From Promethearchaeota archaeon (GTDB taxonomy: Archaea > Asgardarchaeota > Lokiarchaeia > Sigyniarchaeales > SOKP01): a stretch of 64,000 nt of DNA. Made by a program: the position numbers and the translations under genes. Below, piece after piece: positions 49,273-58,830 of the stretch. Each line of letters opens with the position of its first letter. The first letter of the stretch is position 1. The notes under the pieces were generated by a model. It ran no database searches, was not told the DNA's origin, and worked only from the letters and a program-made list of their open reading frames with translations. Location of the stretch: positions 544,001 to 608,000 of the forward strand of contig JAHPZA010000006.1 in the NCBI GenBank assembly GCA_019058445.1, read 5' to 3'.

Positions 49273-49998
49273 ATGGCTGAAAAAATTGGTTTTGTTTTCG
49301 ACCTGGACGGGACATTTATAAATAGCACTGATATTGGCGACATAGTTAAAAAAGAACTCTATAAAGAATTTAATATTCAAACTAATGATAAAATTGAAAA
49401 AGAAATTGAAGATCTTACATATGAAATTATTGCTGGGGAAAATCATAAGAAACTTGGAACCAAATTGATGTGGGCTATCTTTAAAAAATTAGGATTAACT
49501 TTTTGGCAGAGAATAAAGGCACTGATAAGAGCTAATAGTATTTTTAAAGAAGAAATTCCAAAAGTGAAGTTATTTAAAGGATCCGAAGAATTAATAGATT
49601 TTTTTGATGAAAACGAAAATTATTATGATTATGCGATAATAACTACATCTTCAGATAAGGAAGTTGATGCTAGATTAAAAAAATTCCCAGAGTTTTATAA
49701 AAAGTTTGAGGGTAAAATAGTTACAAGAGATTTTGTAAAAAATTTAAAACCACATCCAGAAAGTATAACTAAAGTTTCTAATATTTTAGGTATTCCATTT
49801 AACCGTATTGTATTATGTGGTGATATGCATACCGATATCCTCTTAGGCAAAAATGTGAATGCTATTACTATTGGCGTGCTAACAGGTATATTTTCTCGTC
49901 AAAAATTACTTGAACTCGAACCTGATTTTATATTTGATTCTATTGCCGATATTCTTGATAATATCGAAAAAATAAAAGAGAAAGTAATTAATAACTAA
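49273..49998 (+). CDS. HAD-superfamily hydrolase
   Basis: Motifs FDLDGTFINS, KPHP and GDMHTD. Confidence 0.9.
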   Translation: MAEKIGFVFDLDGTFINSTDIGDIVKKELYKEFNIQTNDKIEKEIEDLTYEIIAGENHKKLGTKLMWAIFKKLGLTFWQRIKALIRANSIFKEEIPKVKLFKGSEELIDFFDENENYYDYAIITTSSDKEVDARLKKFPEFYKKFEGKIVTRDFVKNLKPHPESITKVSNILGIPFNRIVLCGDMHTDILLGKNVNAITIGVLTGIFSRQKLLELEPDFIFDSIADILDNIEKIKEKVINN

Positions 49999-50065
49999 AA
50001 AAAAACTTTTTAATAGGGTTAATTCCCTATTTAATGCTTGAATCCATTATATCTTAAATTTCTAT

Positions 50066-50455
50066 TTAAGTTGGTCTCATAGGTGCTAAATAGTCTGTAA
50101 TATATTCTGCCAGAGATCCGTATGACATAGTCATTTGCAAATCCCCCTCGATTTTGAGATCTCCACTCATATAGGCAGAAGTCCCATCAACTTCTCCATT
50201 AAAAAATTGTCGAGCGAAATCAATATCCTCCAATATCATGGTTACATCTGGATCTTCAGCTTCTGCATCCATTACGAATGAGTACTTTCCTTCTTCAAAG
50301 GTCAAATACGCCCGGATATTACCAATTTTCCATTGTATGGTCCCCTCGAGATCTTCCAAATCTTCTCGAAATTCCTCGTCAACTTTTGCAATCTCTTCTA
50401 ACGTTTTTGCCATGATATAAAACATCATTTTTACTTGAAGTTCTTTTTTTTCCAT
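50066..50455 (-). CDS. SCP2 domain protein
   Basis: Motif GEVDGTSAYMSGDLKIEGD. Confidence 0.85.
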   Translation of the reverse strand: MEKKELQVKMMFYIMAKTLEEIAKVDEEFREDLEDLEGTIQWKIGNIRAYLTFEEGKYSFVMDAEAEDPDVTMILEDIDFARQFFNGEVDGTSAYMSGDLKIEGDLQMTMSYGSLAEYITDYLAPMRPT

Positions 50456-50456
50456 C

Positions 50457-50840
50457 TTAACCCCCTCCTAGTCCTTGAGCGTATTCTCCTACAGTTTCCA
50501 TAATGAATGTTAATTTAGCTGCCTTATCTGGATCTGATACTTTAACGATATTGACAAATTCAAGTGGATCTGTTTGTCCCGTTAGCATTTTTAACGCATC
50601 TGCAACATTCTCGATTTCAAAAGTTACTGTTGGATTATCTGCTATTCCATCAAAACCTTGGATAACCTGATCTTTTATTACGGTATATGTAGCGATATCA
50701 TCTCCTATTTTCCATTGTAATACTTCATCTAATCCGGCTAATTTACCTTTGAAATCATCATCAAATTTAGCAATTTCTCCAGCAGCATAACTTATCATAC
50801 TACTTAATACTCGAACACATACTTTTTCTTCAACCGACAC
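50457..50840 (-). CDS. Divergent SCP2-like protein
   Basis: QWKIG, PTVT and MLTGQTDP are shared with the adjacent SCP2 gene. Confidence 0.65.
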   Translation of the reverse strand: MSVEEKVCVRVLSSMISYAAGEIAKFDDDFKGKLAGLDEVLQWKIGDDIATYTVIKDQVIQGFDGIADNPTVTFEIENVADALKMLTGQTDPLEFVNIVKVSDPDKAAKLTFIMETVGEYAQGLGGG

Positions 50841-51021
50841 TTTAATACACGCTTTAAATTTTTAATTATGCTTAAAATTCATTTTTTAGATAAATGAGTA
50901 TTATTAATTTATAATCGTCATCTTCTATAAAAATCTTTAGGTTCTTGTCCTAGATTTTACTCACGTAAGCGATTACGACCGTGGATATTTGTTCACGGAT
51001 TAAAAGAAAAAAAAGATGGTC

Positions 51022-52215
51022 TTATTTAGATTGGAGGATTTGAAAGGGAGCAGCAGAGCATCTCCAAATCGCCAAGTCTTCGAACCCTAATACTTCGGCA
51101 TACGTTTTTTCTCCATTGCAGGTCGCTTTTAATTTTTGCCATAAAACAGCGGCAATATCTTCGATCGTTTTATCTTCGGTAATTATTTTAGAGGAATCAA
51201 CATCGATATTCGAAGCCATCCAATCGCAGGTTTGAGGATTCCCGCAGAGTTTAATAACTGGAGCAACAGGATTTCCACATGGACTCCCCCTACCTGTCGT
51301 CATACAAATTATCTGAGCTCCTGCTGCTGCTAACCCTGTCATAGATTCGACATCCAATCCAGGTTCAATCATAAGCCATAATCCTTTACTTTTGGGAGGT
51401 TCAGAATATTCTAAAGTACCTTGGATGGGAGCCTTTCCTGCTTTCGCAATAGTTCCTAAAGATTTTTCTTCAATTGTTGTGAGACCCCCCTCAATATTCC
51501 CAGGGGTTGGTTGTACACCCCTAAAATCAATTCCGTATTGGAGGATGTTTTCTAAAAAGTTATTTAAAGTATTCGTAATTTTTTCAGCTACTTTTTCATT
51601 AACAGCTCGTTTAGATAATAAGTGCTCTGTCCCGATCCACTCAGTAAATTCAGGTAGGATTGAAGTACCACCCAGCTCAACAATTTTATCGGAAACTACC
51701 CCCACTGCAGGATTAGCAGTGATTCCTGATATTGAGTCTGAACCTCCACATTCTAAGCCTAAAACTAAGTGGGAGAAATCAAATGGTTCCCTTTTTAACT
51801 CACTTGCTTGATCTGCCATTTCTTTACCAATTTTAACTCCCTTTTCAATTGCAGCAGCCGTACCTCCCTGTACATCTTGAACATTAAAAAATTCGACCGG
51901 TTTTTTCGATCTTTTAATATTTTTGGCGATAAGTTTATTGCTTAAATTTTCACAACCAAGTCCTACCACAATCACTCCATAAACATTTGGATTACTACCT
52001 AAACCTACCAATGTGCGAAGAGTATAAGTATAATCGGGTCCAAATTGTCCACAACCGAGAGGATGTGTTATAGCAACGCCATTTTCAATTTTATTTGCAA
52101 TTTGTTGAGCCACACGATTTACACATATTACTGAGGGAATAACAGCGATTTTATTTCTTATTCCAACTTTACCTTTCGGTCTCTCATAACCCATAAATTC
52201 TTCACTCATTTGCAA
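51022..52215 (-). CDS. UxaA/GarD family dehydratase, large subunit
   Basis: Motifs GIRN, HPLGCGQ, VGLGCE, ECGGSD, GGLTTIEEKSLG and TTGRG. Confidence 0.9.
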   Translation of the reverse strand: MQMSEEFMGYERPKGKVGIRNKIAVIPSVICVNRVAQQIANKIENGVAITHPLGCGQFGPDYTYTLRTLVGLGSNPNVYGVIVVGLGCENLSNKLIAKNIKRSKKPVEFFNVQDVQGGTAAAIEKGVKIGKEMADQASELKREPFDFSHLVLGLECGGSDSISGITANPAVGVVSDKIVELGGTSILPEFTEWIGTEHLLSKRAVNEKVAEKITNTLNNFLENILQYGIDFRGVQPTPGNIEGGLTTIEEKSLGTIAKAGKAPIQGTLEYSEPPKSKGLWLMIEPGLDVESMTGLAAAGAQIICMTTGRGSPCGNPVAPVIKLCGNPQTCDWMASNIDVDSSKIITEDKTIEDIAAVLWQKLKATCNGEKTYAEVLGFEDLAIWRCSAAPFQILQSK

Positions 52216-52492
52216 CCCTCTCTAAATAATGACTTTTTATATTATGAGTATGAATCCAATCACCCACTTCTATCATCTCAGTGGCGATTCCTATAATTTG
52301 ACCGTATTTTTTGATTAAATCACCTTGATTTATGTTTTTTAAAGCGAATTTGTGACCCATAGGAATATCATGATTGATCTTTATATTATCTTCAGGAATT
52401 TGAATAATTTCATCTTTAGGTATATCTGCTAAACTTGTCGCACAATTATCTTCAGCATTCATTATTATATACTTGTTTTTCATTAAAATCAC
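52202..52492 (-). CDS. UxaA family SAF-domain small subunit
   Basis: Motifs DNCAT, IPMGHKFAL, KYGQIIG and HTHN. Confidence 0.9.
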   Translation of the reverse strand: MILMKNKYIIMNAEDNCATSLADIPKDEIIQIPEDNIKINHDIPMGHKFALKNINQGDLIKKYGQIIGIATEMIEVGDWIHTHNIKSHYLERVANE

Positions 52493-52663
52493 TCAATTGA
52501 AATTAAATTATTAAAATATCTAAATAAAATTTAAATTTGAAAAGTTTAATAGATTGTGATTTTTACTGAATTCAGATTAGTTATTTTGAATTTTAAAATA
52601 TAAATTTTAAATTTTTTTAAATATTACCCAAGTTAATTTTAGACTTTATAATTTTACTTTATA

Positions 52664-52987
52664 ATGAACGATGAACCAATAGACATCGAAGATATTGAAG
52701 CTTTTATTGATGGATTGAAGAAATCGTTTGATTCTCTTGATCAGGTCGATTCTCATCAAGGCTTTCAAATGCAATTAGCAAAAGCGATATCTTCCTTAAG
52801 ATTAAAGAAAATTGCGAAAATTGAACCTTTACCCACAAGCATCAAACCAATTGATTTGAAGGATTATTTGTTGAAAAAATTAGAAGATTTAAAATTGATT
52901 TTAGAATCAGAAAATATCAGAAGTTCTAAAAGATTTACTCTAGTAATGGAAATTGCCAAATTAAGAGAAAAATTAAACGAATTATGA
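52664..52987 (+). CDS. Hypothetical protein
   Basis: 107-aa helical ORF. Confidence 0.6.
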   Translation: MNDEPIDIEDIEAFIDGLKKSFDSLDQVDSHQGFQMQLAKAISSLRLKKIAKIEPLPTSIKPIDLKDYLLKKLEDLKLILESENIRSSKRFTLVMEIAKLREKLNEL

Positions 52988-53075
52988 AAAAAATAGTATT
53001 GTATTCATATTATCTTTTTTTTGAATAATAAGAGAAATATCATTTATTAGAAATAATTAACTTGGTTTATTCATA

Positions 53076-53831
53076 ATGTTAATAGATATACATTGTCATT
53101 GTAATCTTTATTTGGCAATTGATGAGATTATTAAGGAAGCAGAAACTCAAGGAGTTAACAAAATCATTTCTGTAGGAATGAGTGCATTTGGTCTCAAAAG
53201 AGTGTTAGAAATCGCTAAAAAATATGATCAAATATACCCCGCGCTGGGCATTCATCCCGAAGAAGTAAAATTAAATAAAGATGTTGAAAATCAATTAGAC
53301 GCTATTATTGATTTTATAAGAAATAATAGAGAGATTATTTGCGCTATTGGTGAAATTGGCATAGATCACCATTTTATAAAGGAAAAGGAGTTATATCTAA
53401 TACAAAAAATAATTTTTGATAAAATGCTGGCATTAGCTCAAGAATTAAAATTACCTGTAAATCTCCATACAAAAGGAGCAGAGAAATTAATTTTCGAGAC
53501 TTTACCTTCCTATAACCTTCCCAATATAAACATTCACTGGTATTCGGGACCAGAAACCTATTTAAAAGAGGGAATTGAAAGAGGGTATTATTTTTCAATT
53601 ACTCCAGCGATAAAATATTCTCCTGCGGTAAAAAAAGTAGTTTTAAATGTAGATAAAGAACATATACTATTAGAAAGCGATGGCCCAGTTGAATATTCTG
53701 GAAAAATTGGAACTCCCGCAATGACTCGCGAAGTTTTAAACTTAATATCAAAATTTAAAGAAATCCCTGTTGATGATTTAGAGCTGCAAATTGAGAAAAA
53801 TACTCGAGATATCTTTCCAAGAATCTTTTAA
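53076..53831 (+). CDS. TatD family nuclease
   Basis: Motifs DIHCH, GIHP, IGEIGID and LESDGP. Confidence 0.9.
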   Translation: MLIDIHCHCNLYLAIDEIIKEAETQGVNKIISVGMSAFGLKRVLEIAKKYDQIYPALGIHPEEVKLNKDVENQLDAIIDFIRNNREIICAIGEIGIDHHFIKEKELYLIQKIIFDKMLALAQELKLPVNLHTKGAEKLIFETLPSYNLPNINIHWYSGPETYLKEGIERGYYFSITPAIKYSPAVKKVVLNVDKEHILLESDGPVEYSGKIGTPAMTREVLNLISKFKEIPVDDLELQIEKNTRDIFPRIF

Positions 53832-53843
53832 AAATTATACATC

Positions 53844-54035
53844 CTACTGTTTTCTATCTATTAATAATGTACCTGCTACTCCTACATTTTCAGGTGAATG
53901 TTCATTAATAACGATCACATATGCAGATCTTGGAATTTTATAAGCCTTTTCAAGAGCATCCGTAATTTCTTTTATTAAGATTCGCTTTACCTCTACATCA
54001 TCAATTTTGGGACCATCTATCACAACATTTGGCAT
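53844..54035 (-). CDS. 4-oxalocrotonate tautomerase family protein
   Basis: N-terminal (M)P, ENVGVAG, 63 aa. Confidence 0.85.
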   Translation of the reverse strand: MPNVVIDGPKIDDVEVKRILIKEITDALEKAYKIPRSAYVIVINEHSPENVGVAGTLLIDRKQ

Positions 54036-54095
54036 TTAATAAAATCACTTCTGTTAATACTATTGTTGACAATAATAAACAACATACTCTAGTTA

Positions 54096-55112
54096 TTAGA
54101 TATTCTCTTTTTTCTCGATTAGCTCTATAACTTCGCTTGGAAGGGTTTCTCCTCTATTCTTCATCCGATTAAACATATCCTTGACTTCAGGAATGTTAAC
54201 TCCATAAATATGAAGAGAATTACTAAAATCTAAGTAATGTCCTATCTCTACTCCAAGTCTATCGGCTACATTCTTCTGGATTCTAACCATACCATTTACA
54301 TTAGCCTCCCACGCACGAAAGAGATCTCGGCTTCGCCATGTTGTTTGCATTATAAGTTTCCCTTCTTTTATTCTCATATAAATTCTTTGAAGACAAGGAG
54401 GATCAACATGATATGGGTCAATTAGGGGTCTCCATGTAATTGCTTGTGCTCTGCGACTAAAAGGGCTTTTTTTTAATTTCTGAATAATATATTCAATTTG
54501 ATTAATTTTTGGAAATTCTAAAATATCAAGTGGCAGTTTTTCAATACCTATTTGTTCAGAGATCTTTTTATCTAAATCGAACTCTACTCCATTTCTTAAT
54601 TTCCAGGTATTTGAGTCTGGAGTACTCTTGATCTTCTCTGCTTTTATTAATTTCTGATGCTTTTTCACGAATTCATTATCCACCAATTCTACTTCATAAT
54701 TCGCATGAATAGTATCTTCTAGGGAGAATGGAGTGTAATTAAATATTCTATCATGATAAGAATATGGAAAACTCGCGCCAGACTCCCATATATAATGATC
54801 ATTTGTACCATCCATGATTTCTTCAATATATCCGCTTTGTATGCTTCCAATTAAAAAGGTGTCTGCCATATTCCCATATACTTCATATGAATTACCATAC
54901 TTTGACTTGATTCTTAAGATTTTATCTTTACGCTTAATTGGATTGCTCATGGGATTCTTAATTTCTATTAACACTGTCGCGTCTTTAGAGGGGGGCTCTT
55001 TAGGTTTATCATACTCTGTTTTGATTTCATCACCAGTATATAACACTTGTGCTAAAGCAGAAAGCCACGCATCCCGTACATTTTCTTTAGAAATAAAAAT
55101 TACTTTAGCCAT
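54096..55112 (-). CDS. thyA: Archaeal thymidylate synthase (ThyA-type)
   Basis: Motifs YSYHDR, SRRAQAITW, DPPCLQ, WRSRD, AN and SLHIY. Confidence 0.8.
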   Translation of the reverse strand: MAKVIFISKENVRDAWLSALAQVLYTGDEIKTEYDKPKEPPSKDATVLIEIKNPMSNPIKRKDKILRIKSKYGNSYEVYGNMADTFLIGSIQSGYIEEIMDGTNDHYIWESGASFPYSYHDRIFNYTPFSLEDTIHANYEVELVDNEFVKKHQKLIKAEKIKSTPDSNTWKLRNGVEFDLDKKISEQIGIEKLPLDILEFPKINQIEYIIQKLKKSPFSRRAQAITWRPLIDPYHVDPPCLQRIYMRIKEGKLIMQTTWRSRDLFRAWEANVNGMVRIQKNVADRLGVEIGHYLDFSNSLHIYGVNIPEVKDMFNRMKNRGETLPSEVIELIEKKENI

Positions 55113-55524
55113 TTTTGATATACGTAAGTTAAACTATATTGAAAATGTATTTTTCATAACTATATAAAATATCTGTTAAAATTTTAATAATATTTAACAA
55201 ATCAAAATAGATTCAATTTACCCTAAAAAATTTAAGGATTTTTTTTTTTAAAAAATGAATCAAAAAAAAAATTCATTAGAACATTTTTATTTATTATTTT
55301 GTAAAAAATTTATCGCTATACAATCAATAATTAATAAATTGATATAATTTGTATAAAGAGACTTCATTTTAGTAATTTATAATTGTTTTAAAGTTGAATA
55401 AATACATATAAATGGGGTTTATAAAAACATAAATTTATAAAAGCTAGCCCAATAATTAATTTGAGTAAATTCATAATATAAAAATTAAAATATTAAAATT
55501 GAATTATAAATTTGAGATGATTTC

Positions 55525-55692
55525 ATGCCTTTAAAAGATACCCTTAAAAACATTGGCGAAAAAACAAAAGATGGCCTTAAAAAGGTAGGAGAAGCTGGAA
55601 AAAAAGCTGGAAAAAAAGTAGGAGAAGCTGGAAAAAAAGCCGGAAAAAAGATTTCAAAAAAAGAAGCAAAGGAAGAAGAAGCAGCAGAATAA
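55525..55692 (+). CDS. 55-aa microprotein with 11-mer amphipathic repeats
   Basis: MPLKDTLKNIGEKTKDGLKKVGEAGKKAGKKVGEAGKKAGKKISKKEAKEEEAAE*. GC-elevated island in an AT-rich spacer; 33-nt repeat with synonymous differences. Confidence 0.75.
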   Translation: MPLKDTLKNIGEKTKDGLKKVGEAGKKAGKKVGEAGKKAGKKISKKEAKEEEAAE

Positions 55693-55930
55693 TTATAAAG
55701 CAGATATTTATCAAAATATTGCTTTTCTAATTAATTATTATTGTTTTTTTATTTTATTATAATCTTATTTTTTAAGATATTTTAACAAAAACCATAAATT
55801 TTTCTACTAAAATAGAGAATTTTCCTTGATAAATTTTATATACTAAAATTTTTAAGTAGTAAATTTACATATTTTTACTATAATAAAATCTTTCAAAAAA
55901 CTAATTTAAATATTTAAAAAGGTAGAAATT

Positions 55931-56068
55931 ATGGGAGACGAAGAAGAAAAAAAGAAAAAAGCCGAAAAAAAGAAGAAAAAAGCTAAAAAAGAAGCCAAGA
56001 AAGACGTCAAAAAAGGGATGAAAAAATTCGGTAAGAAGCTAATTAAAGGAGCTTTAGGTAATGACTAA
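55931..56068 (+). CDS. 45-aa lysine-rich microprotein
   Basis: MGDEEEKKKKAEKKKKKAKKEAKKDVKKGMKKFGKKLIKGALGND*; AAGGT upstream. Confidence 0.7.
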   Translation: MGDEEEKKKKAEKKKKKAKKEAKKDVKKGMKKFGKKLIKGALGND

Positions 56069-56213
56069 AGATTAATTTTAAGCTTCTCTCTCTAGCTTAA
56101 ATTAAACTTTAACTCTTTTTTTCCTACTATTTATAAAAATATAACGTCAAAATTTTATATATTTTTTAATTTCTTTTATACAAAAAGTAATGAGATAATA
56201 TGAGGAGATTGAA

Positions 56214-56519
56214 TTGAGTAGCGGAACTGTGAAGTATCTTATCCATATGGAGCCTCCATTTAGTATTTTAGCTAAAAAATCAAATGATATAGTATATTTC
56301 GATAAGGAATTAAAATTGATTGAATTAATTGAATATTTTCAGGAAAAGTTTGGTGATGAATTTAAAAATCTAGTTTGGGATAAGGAAAAAAAGGATGAAC
56401 TACACAAAATGCTTTCTATAATAATTAACGGAAGATCGTATCGAGATGAGCATTTTTTAGAAACCCTCTTAAAAGATGGTGATGATATTTCCTTTATCTA
56501 CATCTTCTTTGGAGGATAA
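56214..56519 (+). CDS. MoaD/ThiS/SAMP ubiquitin-like protein
   Basis: IIING and LKDGDDI motifs; C-terminal GG; GAGGAG RBS. Confidence 0.85.
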   Translation: MSSGTVKYLIHMEPPFSILAKKSNDIVYFDKELKLIELIEYFQEKFGDEFKNLVWDKEKKDELHKMLSIIINGRSYRDEHFLETLLKDGDDISFIYIFFGG

Positions 56520-56550
56520 TCAACTCATTCTAATTTCTACTCAATCAAAC

Positions 56551-57252
56551 CTATTTTATTTCGATAGATAATTCAAAAAATGCATCCTCTTTCTTATTAG
56601 CGACATTAATTTTCTCAACTTTGCATTCCACAGGCCTTCCAACTTCCCTTTCCCATAAAGCTTCAATAATCCCGGATACAATATAAAAATGATAAATGAA
56701 ATCTTTAGTTTTGTCTAAAAATTCCGAATTTGTAAATCTGTAAACTGCTCTATTACCCGATTCATCCATTATTGGCTCGGAGATCTCAATTGAAGGTTGT
56801 AGGATATCATAGGAAGGGTAAAATTTACCGAAAACTTCAAAATATATCTTAGGAATTGAAATATTCCTCAGATTTTTTAGTCCTTTCTTCACAGTGGGAC
56901 CGAATGAAAAATCGATATACTCTAAACTACTACGCCCTATATCTTTAAAGACTTCCTCGTTATTGGGAAAATTTTTCTTTAAACCTGATAAAAGTGCTTT
57001 ATAATATGATGAGATAATTTCTTTTGGAAAAAAACTTTTCTTAGAACTGAAATATAAGTTATATGCCCCAACTTTTCGTTTAAATATTTTTTGTTTGATT
57101 TCAAGCATAGACACATATTTAGAGATTGTATTTCTTGAATACCCTTTTTCTTTTGCTATGTCTGTTATAGTAATGCCACTAGGATTTTCTCTGATACAGT
57201 CCATAATTTTTGTTTCATAATCTATTTGTTCTCTTGGAATGGCAATTTTCAC
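56551..57252 (-). CDS. Winged-HTH transcription regulator with V4R-like C-terminal domain
   Basis: HTH GITITDIAKEKGYSRNTISKY; C-terminal SGIIEA..ECKV. Confidence 0.75.
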   Translation of the reverse strand: MKIAIPREQIDYETKIMDCIRENPSGITITDIAKEKGYSRNTISKYVSMLEIKQKIFKRKVGAYNLYFSSKKSFFPKEIISSYYKALLSGLKKNFPNNEEVFKDIGRSSLEYIDFSFGPTVKKGLKNLRNISIPKIYFEVFGKFYPSYDILQPSIEISEPIMDESGNRAVYRFTNSEFLDKTKDFIYHFYIVSGIIEALWEREVGRPVECKVEKINVANKKEDAFFELSIEIK

Positions 57253-57389
57253 CTGTATTATGTAGTAAAGAATATGCTTTATGACTATTTCTATAGGAAC
57301 ATTAGATAATAATTTCTATCATTAGGATATAATTTTTATTCAAATAATAATCTTATCAGCCTAAGCTGGTATATTGTTAAATGGAATAT

Positions 57390-58469
57390 TTAAAATACAG
57401 AGATCTTAATAGTAATAAGAAATAATATGAGAACAAATCCAGTAATAAACGGATTTAAATAATTATCTTGTAATTTAATTTTGCTTGTTAAAAGGTCAAT
57501 CAAAACAAATACCGTTGAAAGAATTAAGGCGACGTATAATGTTAATTCTAATCCCCAGTTTGATAATTGAAAATGATTAGAAAAAGCTACTGCGAAAATT
57601 GTACAAATAAAAGTAAAAACAAAACCTCCGATATAGCCTTCAATAGATTTATTAGTACTTTTTGGAAAATGATGTTTTTTATCTCCAGTAAATATGCCAA
57701 TCATCGAGGCCATAGCATCTGCCACAGAGGTTATTAAAAGTACGATAAAAAATATAGGAAAAGTGAAGAAAATAAAAGGTCCAAAAGAAAAAACCATAAC
57801 AGATGTGCTAGAAAAGGAGTCTAATTCATCAGGAGTAAGTCCTGCTTTACACATTTTAATTGCAGCAGGAGGCATATAACCAAAATCAAATAACCTTATT
57901 AAATCTTGGGCAATAAAAGTTAAAGCAAAATCAATCCCGATTATAATTACAATAAACATCGCATAATTAATCCATGCGCTTCCCAATAATTCGAAAAAAA
58001 TATAATAACTAACTACAATACATAATCCAACTACAGCTCCAGGAAGAATATGAGTGATTCTCCGCTTTATTTGGCTTCTTTCGGAATAATTTTCCAAGAA
58101 CTCTTTACAAAAAACTTCATAATTATGTTGTTCGAGTAAAAGTTCGGGATTTCTAATGGTTCTTATTTTTGCGGAAATCCCCCAAAAAGAAACACCAATC
58201 ATGACTCCTACAATAAAAATGTTACCTAAAAGAGATAGCTCGTCTATCGCATTAGGAATTATTATCCCCTTCTCATTCCTACCGAATTTCAATATTAAAT
58301 GCGGATAAACAAATGCAAATGCTATTGTTAAAAGGGTATATATAACCTCATCGATTTTCTTATATGCGCTTTTATCCTCAACATTCCATGTTCTTACTAT
58401 ATGCACTAGCATTATTGATGCAAAAATGAGGCATAAAATCGTAACCGGTAAATATGAGAATAAAAGCAT
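57390..58469 (-). CDS. Dolichol/polyprenol kinase-cytidylyltransferase family membrane protein
   Basis: Motifs RRITH, ADAMASMIG, KSIEG and DNY. Confidence 0.75.
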   Translation of the reverse strand: MLLFSYLPVTILCLIFASIMLVHIVRTWNVEDKSAYKKIDEVIYTLLTIAFAFVYPHLILKFGRNEKGIIIPNAIDELSLLGNIFIVGVMIGVSFWGISAKIRTIRNPELLLEQHNYEVFCKEFLENYSERSQIKRRITHILPGAVVGLCIVVSYYIFFELLGSAWINYAMFIVIIIGIDFALTFIAQDLIRLFDFGYMPPAAIKMCKAGLTPDELDSFSSTSVMVFSFGPFIFFTFPIFFIVLLITSVADAMASMIGIFTGDKKHHFPKSTNKSIEGYIGGFVFTFICTIFAVAFSNHFQLSNWGLELTLYVALILSTVFVLIDLLTSKIKLQDNYLNPFITGFVLILFLITIKISVF

Positions 58470-58570
58470 TTTTTTCCGGAGTTCTTTATTATTTTTTAAT
58501 CAATTATTGATTGTTTTTCAATATTTTAACACTTATAAAAGATATTTTAAGAATAAGAGTATCTTTTAGG

Positions 58571-58720
58571 TTATTTCTTTGTTCTCAACCACCCTTTTTC
58601 AAAAATCCAGTCAAAATCAAAAATTTCTGACTCATCATTTTCAGCTTTAACTGTGTCTTCATCATTATTTGACGTTTCAGTGAGTACTGATTTTAATTTC
58701 TTGTTATCTTCTTCCATCAT
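58571..58720 (-). CDS. 49-aa acidic microprotein
   Basis: AGGTGG RBS; MMEEDNKKLKSVLTETSNNDEDTVKAENDESEIFDFDWIFEKGWLRTKK*. Confidence 0.6.
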   Translation of the reverse strand: MMEEDNKKLKSVLTETSNNDEDTVKAENDESEIFDFDWIFEKGWLRTKK

Positions 58721-58830
58721 TTTACAGTCCACCTTAAAATAAGTAGTACGCTCCTAAGGAATAATAATTGTTATATGAGGGTAAGTTTAAAAAAATTTAA
58801 ATTTTTCTTTCTTATTCTCCTAAAACTCAT

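Noticed and set aside
50930-50998. SECIS element or hammerhead ribozyme
   Set aside because: No in-frame TGA in the flanking genes, and no AUGA/GA kink core or CUGAUGA/GAAA core was found.
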